Origin: a virus
Lineage: Duplodnaviria > Caudoviricetes
Virus record (IMG/VR): IMGVR_UViG_2603880160_000004
Location: 1 to 64,000 of that record
Reading direction: 5' to 3' (one strand)
DNA length: 64,000 nt
The notes below the pieces were generated by a model. It was not told the origin of the DNA, made no database searches, and was given only the letters and a program-made list of their open reading frames with translations. Below are positions 27,711-36,878 of this stretch, in pieces. Position 1 is the first letter of the stretch, and every line of letters starts with the position of its first letter. Made by a program: the position numbers and the translations under genes.

Positions 27711-28316
27711 TTAATTTACTTTTTTTCTACATGTCCAAACAACGCTTTGAAATTCCTCTTCGTTGTATTTTTCTAAATTATTTTTTATACAGGATTGTTC
27801 AATATGAGTATCGGTAATTTCACACCAATTCCAAATTTCATTTTTTATATTTTCATTAAAATATTCAATATTACATGTATAATCATGTGCCATTATATAA
27901 TCACCAACTTTTAAATGATTTGAAATCATATTAACTTCTCCGATTTTATGTCCTCCATCACACAACACTAATGTTGTGCCTTCTTCTTGTATATAAGGCA
28001 CTATTTTTTCTGGTTTTTCTAAATTAAAATACGAATGGTCAAATATATTTTCAATATTTATTTCTACGTTTTGTTTTCTAATATCATCATACCAAGGACA
28101 TTCATGAACATCAAATGATTTAATTGGTGTGTCTTCTAATCCTAATTCATTTAATGTGTCCCTTAAAAATAATGTAAATCCACCACCAGCGGTACCAATT
28201 TCTAAAATTCTTTTTGGTTTAATTTCCGATAAGAAATTTTTAAAAACATCAAAAACATCGTTATGTTGTTGTGCAGTTAACCCTTTGTAAGACGTGTGTC
28301 CTGTTACTTTACTCAT
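27711..28316 (-). CDS. Class I SAM-dependent methyltransferase (CmcI-like)
   Basis: KPKRILEIGTAGGG, LCDGGH, GDYIMAHD. Confidence 0.8.
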   Translation of the reverse strand: MSKVTGHTSYKGLTAQQHNDVFDVFKNFLSEIKPKRILEIGTAGGGFTLFLRDTLNELGLEDTPIKSFDVHECPWYDDIRKQNVEINIENIFDHSYFNLEKPEKIVPYIQEEGTTLVLCDGGHKIGEVNMISNHLKVGDYIMAHDYTCNIEYFNENIKNEIWNWCEITDTHIEQSCIKNNLEKYNEEEFQSVVWTCRKKVN

Positions 28317-28326
28317 ATTTTAAATT

Positions 28327-29322
28327 TTATAACCAATCTTTTAAATTTAACCATTCAAAAGTTAGTTTTTCTTTATTTTCTCCAATTAAATTTCTATTTC
28401 CCCATTCAATTTGATTTTTTGAAATGTAATCTAAAAATTCTTGGTCGTTTATTACTTCTTTATATCTATTCATGTACAATTTTGCAACACCTTCATCTCC
28501 TTCTTTTGAATATGCAACATATGCATGTTCTCTTGGAATTGAAATATAATGATGATTAGGTAATAATGGGTCCCTCACTGAATCTTTAAATTCAATTCTT
28601 ATAAATGGTAACCCACAACTAATAAATTCAATGTCTCTATAACAAAATTCACCTGGATGGTCGTAAGGAGTGTTATATTTATCCAAATTTAAATAGAATG
28701 ACAAACCAATTTTACTACTTATAAGTTTTGTCATATATAATTCATGGTGTGACGTTTCCACGGGTTGCATTAAACCTTCTTCTACAATATATTTTAACGT
28801 ACTTCTATATGAAGCTAACCCACCTCCAAGCCAAAATATTTTATCATTAAATTCTGTTATTTCTTTTCTTTTATTTCTATAATGTTCAATATCAAACTCT
28901 TGAAATGGTAAGAATATGTATGGTTTAATTTTATATAAATGATTTATATCATTTTCACCTTTCATCCAATAATACATGTTTTGCCAATTAAAATGTGCCA
29001 ATAAAACGTCCGACGTATTTTCGGATTTTGCCAAATGTGAAATATAACTATTGAAATATTCCGTAAATGAAACAACCTTGACATCTCCTGTTTCCATATT
29101 TTCAATAACATAATCAACATCTGATAATGGTGGTCTATTACCAAATTGACCTGTTGATTTTAACAAATCAATTTGACCACTAAATGTTTCTCCGTCTTTA
29201 TTGTAATTGATAACCTCAAGATTAAAAAATTTACTTAGATAGATGTCTAATTTTTTAAAAAAAGGTAAATGTGCTCTTCCCCATAGTACATTTTCAAATC
29301 TGTGTATTCTTATTTTTTTCAT
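28327..29322 (-). CDS. Putative GT-B glycosyltransferase
   Basis: SKIGLS...GEFCYRDIEFISCGLP and PNHHYISI motifs. Confidence 0.6.
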   Translation of the reverse strand: MKKIRIHRFENVLWGRAHLPFFKKLDIYLSKFFNLEVINYNKDGETFSGQIDLLKSTGQFGNRPPLSDVDYVIENMETGDVKVVSFTEYFNSYISHLAKSENTSDVLLAHFNWQNMYYWMKGENDINHLYKIKPYIFLPFQEFDIEHYRNKRKEITEFNDKIFWLGGGLASYRSTLKYIVEEGLMQPVETSHHELYMTKLISSKIGLSFYLNLDKYNTPYDHPGEFCYRDIEFISCGLPFIRIEFKDSVRDPLLPNHHYISIPREHAYVAYSKEGDEGVAKLYMNRYKEVINDQEFLDYISKNQIEWGNRNLIGENKEKLTFEWLNLKDWL

Positions 29323-30167
29323 ATAATATAATTAGTCATTGATTTATTAACCGACGATAAAAAAAGAAAATTTGATGGTCTACCAAATATAGAAAATGCA
29401 TCTATTTTTTTAGACTCACTGATTAATAACATTTCAAAAATTGTGTATTTTGTTCTTTCATGTACTAAATCCATATTGTTAAATAAACTATACGTATGTT
29501 GTAAATGTGCTCCATATTTCTCTTCTTCCGGTAATTTTATTGTTATAACATTTTCAAAATTTCTTACGTAATTTTTAAAATTTAAACCATTACTACAAGC
29601 AAACAATCTGTCACTATTTTTTATAATTTCATCAATTTTATTTTTATGAGAATTAAAATAATCCATATTATCGTTTTTATCTTCTGTTCTCATGTATATA
29701 GAATTGTATGGTTCTATTAAATTGTTATCAATTTTTAATTGTTCGTATTCCTCGATTATGTTTTTATTGAATATATTTCTTTTATTTGGTAACGTTTTAC
29801 AACCATATCTATATATTGATAAATTTTCTATTATCTCATCGATTGGTCCGTCGTCGACAAATAAATCCCAACAATGTAAACCCGCACGGGCGTTACTTTG
29901 GGTGTATATTTTTTCAAGTCCGTCGTGTGTTGATGTTATTATTGGTGAAAAAATTACTTCAATACTGTTAAAAATTTTATACTCATCTTCATTTAAATAT
30001 GTAAAAAACGCATCCTCACTAAAATATGCATTTCCCGTTAATTGTAATTTTAGATTAATTTCATAACCAATCGATTTTAAATAATCACTCGTATTGAGTA
30101 ATTCAAATTGATGGACTATTAAATCACCTAATCCCGCACTAAAGTTGAATTGTATTATGGCTTTCAT
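29319..30167 (-). CDS. Putative fucosyltransferase-like protein (NodZ/O-FucT fold)
   Basis: AGLGD, SIYMRTED, FACSN, EMLLISES..SNF. Confidence 0.55.
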   Translation of the reverse strand: MKAIIQFNFSAGLGDLIVHQFELLNTSDYLKSIGYEINLKLQLTGNAYFSEDAFFTYLNEDEYKIFNSIEVIFSPIITSTHDGLEKIYTQSNARAGLHCWDLFVDDGPIDEIIENLSIYRYGCKTLPNKRNIFNKNIIEEYEQLKIDNNLIEPYNSIYMRTEDKNDNMDYFNSHKNKIDEIIKNSDRLFACSNGLNFKNYVRNFENVITIKLPEEEKYGAHLQHTYSLFNNMDLVHERTKYTIFEMLLISESKKIDAFSIFGRPSNFLFLSSVNKSMTNYII

Positions 30168-31417
30168 TATAAATCACCAGTTATTCTTTCACACCACCCG
30201 TTAGTTGTACTATAGGGCCACACAACCCAATACTTTGGTTTTTTATCTGTTTGAAATTCTCTCCAAATCTTACCATATCCTTCACTATCGTTTTTAATGG
30301 TTTTGATTTCATTAACGTCAGCATCCTTTCTAAAAATAGTTTCATCGTTTTCATCATGAAATGCAACAACAAAAAATTCATAGTCCGTTAACGGTATCTT
30401 ATCAAATCCAATGTCAACACAATGTTTGAATATTTGTAAGAATGATTTATCAAAATCTTCACCATACAACGGTGGATTTGGGGGGTATTTGTTATCAACC
30501 GTATATTGTTGCACTGCTCTCTTTTTAAATGAAAGACCTGAATATCTTTCATAATCTTCCAATGACCTTTCTTTACCAAAATCATATATACCGAAATCGA
30601 TGTCTTTAACCTCACCATCCATTCCAAATAATTTTCTATTTCTTCTATGTGAGTTGACATTTTTGGTTACCCATTTACTATCATCATCCCATTGTTTTTT
30701 TCTACCCTTTCTAGTGTATTCATGCCAAGCAATAATTTTATGTGGGTGAAATAAATCATAACCCCATGTATATGCCCTCACCGCAATTGAAATTTCTTCT
30801 CCGTGGAAATAATATTCAGGGTCATGTGGAACCTCTTTAACAAATGAACCTAACGTAAAACAAAAATGTGCCGAATAAAATCTAGCCCTCAATGGTTCAG
30901 TTCTTTCTTTATAATCATCGATGGTTGCAGGTAAAAAGAACACCGCACCTTCAGGTATGAACCTATCAAAGTTCATTTTCCATGGTTGTTCTATTCTACC
31001 ATTTGGGTCATTATCAGGATCAAAAGATGATATATATCCAGTTAATAATGGTTTCTTATGTCCTTTCTTTTGAAGTTGTTTTACCATTAAAATACACTCC
31101 TCATCCCAATTTTCAACAAATCTGTGATGTGAATCCAGTTGTAATGTATATTCTTCGTCTTTGTAATTCTGTTGTAATTGATTTCTAGCCCAACAAGCTC
31201 CCTTTGACTCCTTATAGTCAATATCAACAACTTTAAATCTCTTATCATCCTTAAATTCATCTAAATTATCCCATAAATCCTCTGTCGAGTGTTGCCAAGC
31301 AATGGAAAAAACCAATTTTTTAGGATTTTTAGCTTTTTCAATACAATCTTTGATTGTTGGTACCAATTGGGGGTCTCTGTACGATGCAATTTGAATAAAA
31401 ATCTTCCCATTTCCCAT
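30167..31417 (-). CDS. GT60-like GlcNAc transferase
   Basis: IFIQIASYRD, GACWAR, LQLDSHHRF..WD, YFHGEE..AVRAYTWGYD. Confidence 0.85.
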   Translation of the reverse strand: MGNGKIFIQIASYRDPQLVPTIKDCIEKAKNPKKLVFSIAWQHSTEDLWDNLDEFKDDKRFKVVDIDYKESKGACWARNQLQQNYKDEEYTLQLDSHHRFVENWDEECILMVKQLQKKGHKKPLLTGYISSFDPDNDPNGRIEQPWKMNFDRFIPEGAVFFLPATIDDYKERTEPLRARFYSAHFCFTLGSFVKEVPHDPEYYFHGEEISIAVRAYTWGYDLFHPHKIIAWHEYTRKGRKKQWDDDSKWVTKNVNSHRRNRKLFGMDGEVKDIDFGIYDFGKERSLEDYERYSGLSFKKRAVQQYTVDNKYPPNPPLYGEDFDKSFLQIFKHCVDIGFDKIPLTDYEFFVVAFHDENDETIFRKDADVNEIKTIKNDSEGYGKIWREFQTDKKPKYWVVWPYSTTNGWCERITGDL

Positions 31418-31526
31418 ATATTATAAATTATAATCTAATATAATGGAAATAATACACATTTAGAACCGTTATTTTGTTTTTTGAAAAAAAAATCGTATTA
31501 TTTATAATAACAAATCTAAATGATAA

Positions 31527-31886
31527 ATGAGTACAATTTACCAACCCATAGTAATTGAAAAAAGTAATGAAATTATTGAGTCTTTAACTGATTTATTTAC
31601 TGATTATGAGATAATGTCATTGGAATTTGCTAAAAAGTATCTATGTGATAAGTTAACTGATAAATTTATTGAGGGTAATTTAGATAATGACGATGAATGC
31701 TCAATTTTCATCTTTACTGATGACGAATTTGAGATAATGTTAAGAGAAATTGTTGCCGGTAGTGTGTTATATGAATTAAAAGATAAAGGTTTGGTTGATT
31801 CTTATGAAGATGAGACAACTGAGGAGATGTTTTTTCTAACAAAAAAAGGAAAAAAGGTAATGAAGAAAAAAAATGAAATAATTTAA
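31527..31886 (+). CDS. Hypothetical protein (winged-helix-like C-terminus)
   Basis: LKDKGLV...FFLTKKGK. Confidence 0.6.
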   Translation: MSTIYQPIVIEKSNEIIESLTDLFTDYEIMSLEFAKKYLCDKLTDKFIEGNLDNDDECSIFIFTDDEFEIMLREIVAGSVLYELKDKGLVDSYEDETTEEMFFLTKKGKKVMKKKNEII

Positions 31887-32216
31887 CTACTTTTTCTTTT
31901 CTTCAACACTTTGAGCGTATAAACTACGTTTATATTGTCTAACCTTATCTTTTAATATTAACAATACCTTTTGTGAGTTAGTTAAATTTGATGAAATCAT
32001 TGAAACTCTCGATTTTGTAAGCATTTGTAACCCACCTGGTATAGAATCTTCCAATTTTCTTAATTCTTTAACAGTTTCATTAAGTGAATTTTGTAATTCT
32101 TCTATCTTGAACTGTACTCTACTAAACTCGTTACGAGAAACCTTAGAAGTTTGTTCCATTAAAACTTTATCTAATATGTCCTTTACCTGATTTTCGGTAA
32201 TAATTTGTTTTTCCAT
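31887..32216 (-). CDS. Coiled-coil protein with ITENQ N-terminal tag
   Basis: MEKQIITENQVKDILDKVLMEQ. Confidence 0.7.
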   Translation of the reverse strand: MEKQIITENQVKDILDKVLMEQTSKVSRNEFSRVQFKIEELQNSLNETVKELRKLEDSIPGGLQMLTKSRVSMISSNLTNSQKVLLILKDKVRQYKRSLYAQSVEEKKK

Positions 32217-32217
32217 A

Positions 32218-32463
32218 TTAAACTGTGAAATCTTTATCCTCTTTATCAGTTAATTCACCATCTCTTCTCATACCTTCTTTGATATACGTTCTAATTAATT
32301 TAGAAACAGTTTTGTCTTGGTGATTGGCAACCTTTTCAATTTCTTTGTAATAAGCAGGTACAACTCTGAATGTCAACATCTTAATAAGTTGTTTATGTTT
32401 AGGTTGTTCTGTTTTTGCGGTTTCACCTGATGCTTGCATTTCTTGATATTTCTTAGAAGCCAT
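32218..32463 (-). CDS. Ribbon-helix-helix-like DNA-binding protein
   Basis: MLTFRV...IEKVA...TVSKLIRTYI. Confidence 0.6.
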   Translation of the reverse strand: MASKKYQEMQASGETAKTEQPKHKQLIKMLTFRVVPAYYKEIEKVANHQDKTVSKLIRTYIKEGMRRDGELTDKEDKDFTV

Positions 32464-32534
32464 TTGGATATATTTTTATATAAATATTTGGTTTTACCCT
32501 TATTTTCCATTATATTATAATAAATAGATAAAAT

Positions 32535-32894
32535 ATGTCAGAAGATAAACCACAAGTAAATTCAGTCATTAAGAAAATTGAGGAAAAATACCCTGAAATG
32601 ACCAAAGAGTTCAAAAAAATAATGAGAGACCAATACGAAACTTTTTGTAGAAAACAATCCAATTATGGTCCTGATAATATTGCATTAGGTAAAGACCTAA
32701 GTAAGGAGGAAGACCGTAAATTGTCTCAAATGGGACTTTGGTTCAGAATGAACGATAAGATACAAAGAATTAAACAACTCGTCGTTTTAGGGGTTCAGGA
32801 CAACGTGGGAGAGGCGGTAGACGACACCTATCAAGACCTATCAGTATATTCTATTATTGCTCAATTAGTCAAAAATGGAAAATGGGGAAAATAA
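32535..32894 (+). CDS. Nucleotide-modification-associated domain 1 (DUF1599-like)
   Basis: KQSNYG, RMNDKIQR, EAVDDTYQDLSVYSII. Confidence 0.75.
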   Translation: MSEDKPQVNSVIKKIEEKYPEMTKEFKKIMRDQYETFCRKQSNYGPDNIALGKDLSKEEDRKLSQMGLWFRMNDKIQRIKQLVVLGVQDNVGEAVDDTYQDLSVYSIIAQLVKNGKWGK

Positions 32895-33000
32895 CCCAAA
32901 ACAAATAACAATTAAATAAGGGGTTAAGAAATAAAAAACTTACCCCCTTTTCTATTTTATAACTCCCATAAGAGTATTTATTAAAAACGACAAAGAAACC

Positions 33001-33369
33001 ATGAAAGTAAACATTAATCACCCATCATTTATTTCATTTTTAGATAACGTTAGTTCTAGTATTTTATCAAACGTAACAGTTAGTAATTATTTCACATTAC
33101 CTCAAGAAAAGAAAATGGGGGTATTGTATATGGTATTTAAATTAATGAAAAAATCCCTTTCAGTTAGGGCAAAACTAACCGATTCTGAGATGAGAAGTTT
33201 CGTTTCGGTTTTATGGAAAAAGAACGAAGAAGTTGAAAATTACGAATTTGCTGCGATTTTGAACGACATAGCTCAAAATTTTGACTCTGTTAATGAGTTT
33301 ACCAAAACACCTAAAAAAACAACAAGAACAATAAAAGTAGATAAAACTGACAAAACTAATAATGGCTAG
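33001..33369 (+). CDS. Hypothetical protein
   Basis: 122-aa ORF with ENYEFAA UVR-like motif. Confidence 0.65.
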   Translation: MKVNINHPSFISFLDNVSSSILSNVTVSNYFTLPQEKKMGVLYMVFKLMKKSLSVRAKLTDSEMRSFVSVLWKKNEEVENYEFAAILNDIAQNFDSVNEFTKTPKKTTRTIKVDKTDKTNNG

Positions 33370-33754
33370 AACTATTGACATAGGATCCAAAACATATTAC
33401 GCAAAGCAAACTTTGAAGTGGTGTGAGAAGTTTTTTGGTCTATGTGATAGAAAAAAAAGAAAGTTAATCTTTAAAGTTAGTGATAGGAAAAGAAAATCGG
33501 GTAATTCCGACATTTACGGAAACTATTGTTTTTGGAGGAACACAATAACATTGTATCTACCCAATAATACCACCATACATGACATCGTGGCAACCATGAT
33601 ACACGAATATACGCATTATTTACAATCTCGTACAAAATATAGGAATTACGAAAAAACTCATTACTATTCTCAAAATCCATTGGAGAAAGAAGCTAAACGT
33701 AATGAGGAAAAATATACCAATATGTGTTTAAGACACATTAAAAAGAATATGTAA
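33362..33754 (+). CDS. HExxH metallopeptidase-like protein
   Basis: TMIHEYTHYLQ...NPLEKEA. Confidence 0.75.
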   Translation: MARTIDIGSKTYYAKQTLKWCEKFFGLCDRKKRKLIFKVSDRKRKSGNSDIYGNYCFWRNTITLYLPNNTTIHDIVATMIHEYTHYLQSRTKYRNYEKTHYYSQNPLEKEAKRNEEKYTNMCLRHIKKNM

Positions 33755-33964
33755 TTAAATTATATCTTTCACAATTTCAGCTTCAGGAATTTCTATTAAA
33801 AAAAGAAGAGTATCATCATTATTAATTCTACTTTTAACAACAATATCACATCTCCAATGTTCCTTCAAATCATTGACAGAACCTTCCACAATACGTTCTT
33901 GTTTTAACTTTTTATAGATATAATAAAGTTTGTTTTGGTAATTTACTAATTCTTTGTTCAACAT
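33755..33964 (-). CDS. Hypothetical protein
   Basis: 69-aa ORF coupled to the upstream nuclease. Confidence 0.55.
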   Translation of the reverse strand: MLNKELVNYQNKLYYIYKKLKQERIVEGSVNDLKEHWRCDIVVKSRINNDDTLLFLIEIPEAEIVKDII

Positions 33965-34623
33965 TACTTAAATTTTAATCCTGTTAGTTTTTCAATATCA
34001 ATTAAATCTACTTTATTATTATAAATTCCGTCTGGTTTAGATTCATCATTATCGAATAAAAATGCCATCCATTCTTTTGATTTTTTATAATAAACTACCT
34101 TCCAACATTGTTTTGGAACCGATACTCTACCTATTCTTTTTATTTCACCTATGTTACCAGCCCAAATATGAATTGAATCGTCTTTAACCGCCCATTCTCT
34201 AGTCATTGTTTCTAAAGATTTCCAGTCACCGGCATTTAATCTATGTGTTTGTGCTGCCATATTACTAAAATAGAAACATTCATCTTGTACTGATTGTGTT
34301 TGACATTGATTTGATTTTGCTGGCATTAAATGACCTCTATCGTATCCACTATTAACATAATCTTTAGTCAAATCGGTTTCAATCGGTAACAATGGATCAG
34401 GTTTAAAATTGTCTTTTCTTGGTAGTGGGGTTGGACAACCTATTTTTGCCCTCGTCTCCCACCATTCCACCATCACGGGATATTTCTTTGATTTTGAATA
34501 ATGTGATGTGTAATTTGTATGTTTCAAAACCACCACATCTTGTGCAAATGTAAAAACTGTAATGAATATTAACATCGTCGTCATTAACATCACCCCAACA
34601 TAAGTACCTAATTTTTGTCTCAT
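33964..34623 (-). CDS. Secreted DNA/RNA non-specific endonuclease (NucA/EndoG family)
   Basis: Signal peptide; GYDRGHL, FYFSNM.Q..LN.G.W..LE, VPKQCWK. Confidence 0.9.
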   Translation of the reverse strand: MRQKLGTYVGVMLMTTMLIFITVFTFAQDVVVLKHTNYTSHYSKSKKYPVMVEWWETRAKIGCPTPLPRKDNFKPDPLLPIETDLTKDYVNSGYDRGHLMPAKSNQCQTQSVQDECFYFSNMAAQTHRLNAGDWKSLETMTREWAVKDDSIHIWAGNIGEIKRIGRVSVPKQCWKVVYYKKSKEWMAFLFDNDESKPDGIYNNKVDLIDIEKLTGLKFK

Positions 34624-35171
34624 AAATTCTTTTCTATTAAATACCTATAAATCTCCAAAGGAGTGTCGTTATGAACAGAAAATTCACTATAAGGTATATT
34701 ATTAACATCCAATGTTTGTTTAATATCTTCGTCAATTTCCTGAGCCTCTTGTAGACCTTGTAATCTACCATTTGTATCATATGTCTCATCATTTCTTTTT
34801 AATAATATGTTTATGTTGTCATATCTCTTAAATAATCCCCAAAGAAAATTACTTAAACCTGACATTGAGTAATGTGATGCGGGATAACCCTCACCATATC
34901 TTTGTTCATAGAAACAACCCAAAACTATGGGTGAATCAACAATGATATAGTCAACCTTACCGTAAAGACGACTAATATTTCTATGTTGATTTGCGGTAAT
35001 GAAGAACTGATCCTTCAATTGAGATACATTTCCCTCCCATGCTACTTCCTTTGGGAACTCATAAGTGTATTCAACACTCATATGGTGTTTTTTCATCTCG
35101 GTAAATAAACCAGATGCTTGTGTGGATTTACCTATGCCAGGTCCACCAAAAAAGTTAATTATCTTACTCAT
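34620..35171 (-). CDS. P-loop NadR/AAA_28-like nucleotide kinase
   Basis: GGPGIGKST, IVDSP, GRLQ. Confidence 0.8.
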   Translation of the reverse strand: MSKIINFFGGPGIGKSTQASGLFTEMKKHHMSVEYTYEFPKEVAWEGNVSQLKDQFFITANQHRNISRLYGKVDYIIVDSPIVLGCFYEQRYGEGYPASHYSMSGLSNFLWGLFKRYDNINILLKRNDETYDTNGRLQGLQEAQEIDEDIKQTLDVNNIPYSEFSVHNDTPLEIYRYLIEKNL

Positions 35172-35401
35172 ATCTTACCTAATATACATAAAAAAGGGGA
35201 GTTTGTGAAATCTCCCGTATATTAATTTATATTAGTTTATTTTGTCCCCCGACAACAAAAATAAATAAGTTATATATTGTAAAAACACCTAAAAATAGGG
35301 TGTCTATTTGTCAGGTAAAAATTAATTTGGGTTTTAAAGTAATCCAACTTAAATAAATTCAATTTTTTATTTTAAAATATACTATTTATAGAATTATTAC
35401 T

Positions 35402-36028
35402 ATGGAACAACACACAATAGAGTTAATTGGTATGGTTTTAGTTGCTGTTATTACAGCATTAGTTGGTCCAGCAGGACTTGAGTATGTAAAAGCTAAACTA
35501 TCTAAACCAGTCTCAAAAGACATCGTCAAAGATGACATTGAAAGAAATTTGGTTATTTTTGATGAAATATCGGAAATTAGAGATATGTTAGATGCGGATA
35601 GAATTTGGATATCTCAATTCCACAATGGTGGTCATTTTCTTCACACTAATAAATCAATTCAAAAGTTTTCAATAACATATGAAGACGTTAAAGTTGGTGT
35701 TAGTAGTATTATTCATTTATTCACTGACATTCCACTATCGTTATATTCAAGATCAATGAACTACATTATGGAAAATAAACATTTGTGGATTTCCGATTTT
35801 AAAGATGACACCATTGCAACTTATGGATTAAAGTCAGCAGCAGAAGCGACGGGAACTAACGCATCATATGTAATTGGGTTATTTGACATTGTGACGGATA
35901 AATGTATTGGAACAATGGGAATTGATTATAGAACTAAAAAGAAACTAACACAAACACAAAAAGATTTTTTAATAGAGAGAGGTAGTCGTTTAGCTGGATA
36001 TTTATCAGTATACCTTAAATCAAAATAA
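35402..36028 (+). CDS. Holin-like protein (N-terminal TM + GAF-like domain, T4 gp t-like architecture)
   Basis: TM then ADRIWISQFHNGG...KFS..YE. Confidence 0.55.
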   Translation: MEQHTIELIGMVLVAVITALVGPAGLEYVKAKLSKPVSKDIVKDDIERNLVIFDEISEIRDMLDADRIWISQFHNGGHFLHTNKSIQKFSITYEDVKVGVSSIIHLFTDIPLSLYSRSMNYIMENKHLWISDFKDDTIATYGLKSAAEATGTNASYVIGLFDIVTDKCIGTMGIDYRTKKKLTQTQKDFLIERGSRLAGYLSVYLKSK

Positions 36029-36034
36029 TACATT

Positions 36035-36397
36035 ATGAAAAAATATATATTCACAGAAAGTCAAATTAAGAAGATTATTGACAATCAAATCACAGAAAAT
36101 AAAGATTTACAAGAACAAACGATGGTTGATGATCAGAAAGCCGCAATAAATGCTGGAACTAAGGCTTTTTTAGACGCAAAAAAGATAATGGGTGTCGATT
36201 TAACAGATAGAATTGTTAAATATCAAAAATCAATTGGTTGTGAACCTACGGGACATATGATGGATTGTCAAGGTAAATTACCTGAAAATGATAAGAAGTT
36301 ATGGCAATCATTAGTGAATAAAAATAAACCTCTTTTAGATAAGGCGTTAGATTGGTTCAATCGTATGTTAGGATTAGGTACTGGAAGTGGTTATTAA
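36035..36397 (+). CDS. Hypothetical protein with FTESQI tag
   Basis: MKKYIFTESQIKKIIDNQITE. Confidence 0.7.
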   Translation: MKKYIFTESQIKKIIDNQITENKDLQEQTMVDDQKAAINAGTKAFLDAKKIMGVDLTDRIVKYQKSIGCEPTGHMMDCQGKLPENDKKLWQSLVNKNKPLLDKALDWFNRMLGLGTGSGY

Positions 36398-36496
36398 AAT
36401 ATAATTTAATATGAGTTATACCCAAATATTTTTTATGATATTTGGGTTTTTCTTTTAATATACATTACCTTTGTGTCTTAATCAAAAAATAGATTT

Positions 36497-36850
36497 ATGT
36501 CTGAAGAGAAAAATGATAAGAGATGTTCGGGGTGTAAAACACCTAAACCACTTGATAATTTTTACAAGAACAAATTGGTATTGGACGGTCATAGTAACTA
36601 CTGTATTGACTGTACTCGAGAAAATTCTAAAAAGTATTTCCAAAGGAAGAAATTGAAAATCTCTAAAATTGAAAACGATACCCTATTAAAAATGGCATTT
36701 TTGAATAGTGATACTGTGGGTAATGTATCGGTAAATGCTGAAAATCTAATGAAAATCATGATGATTGAAAAGATGATTGGTTCAATTACTACCGAATTGA
36801 GTAATCTAAAGAATAATGTAATAAAATCAGAAAATATCATATCTCAATAA
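36497..36850 (+). CDS. Zinc-finger protein
   Basis: CSGC..KPLDNFYK...DG..YCIDC. Confidence 0.7.
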   Translation: MSEEKNDKRCSGCKTPKPLDNFYKNKLVLDGHSNYCIDCTRENSKKYFQRKKLKISKIENDTLLKMAFLNSDTVGNVSVNAENLMKIMMIEKMIGSITTELSNLKNNVIKSENIISQ

Positions 36851-36878
36851 TTTTGATTTTTTTATATATTTATGTAGT

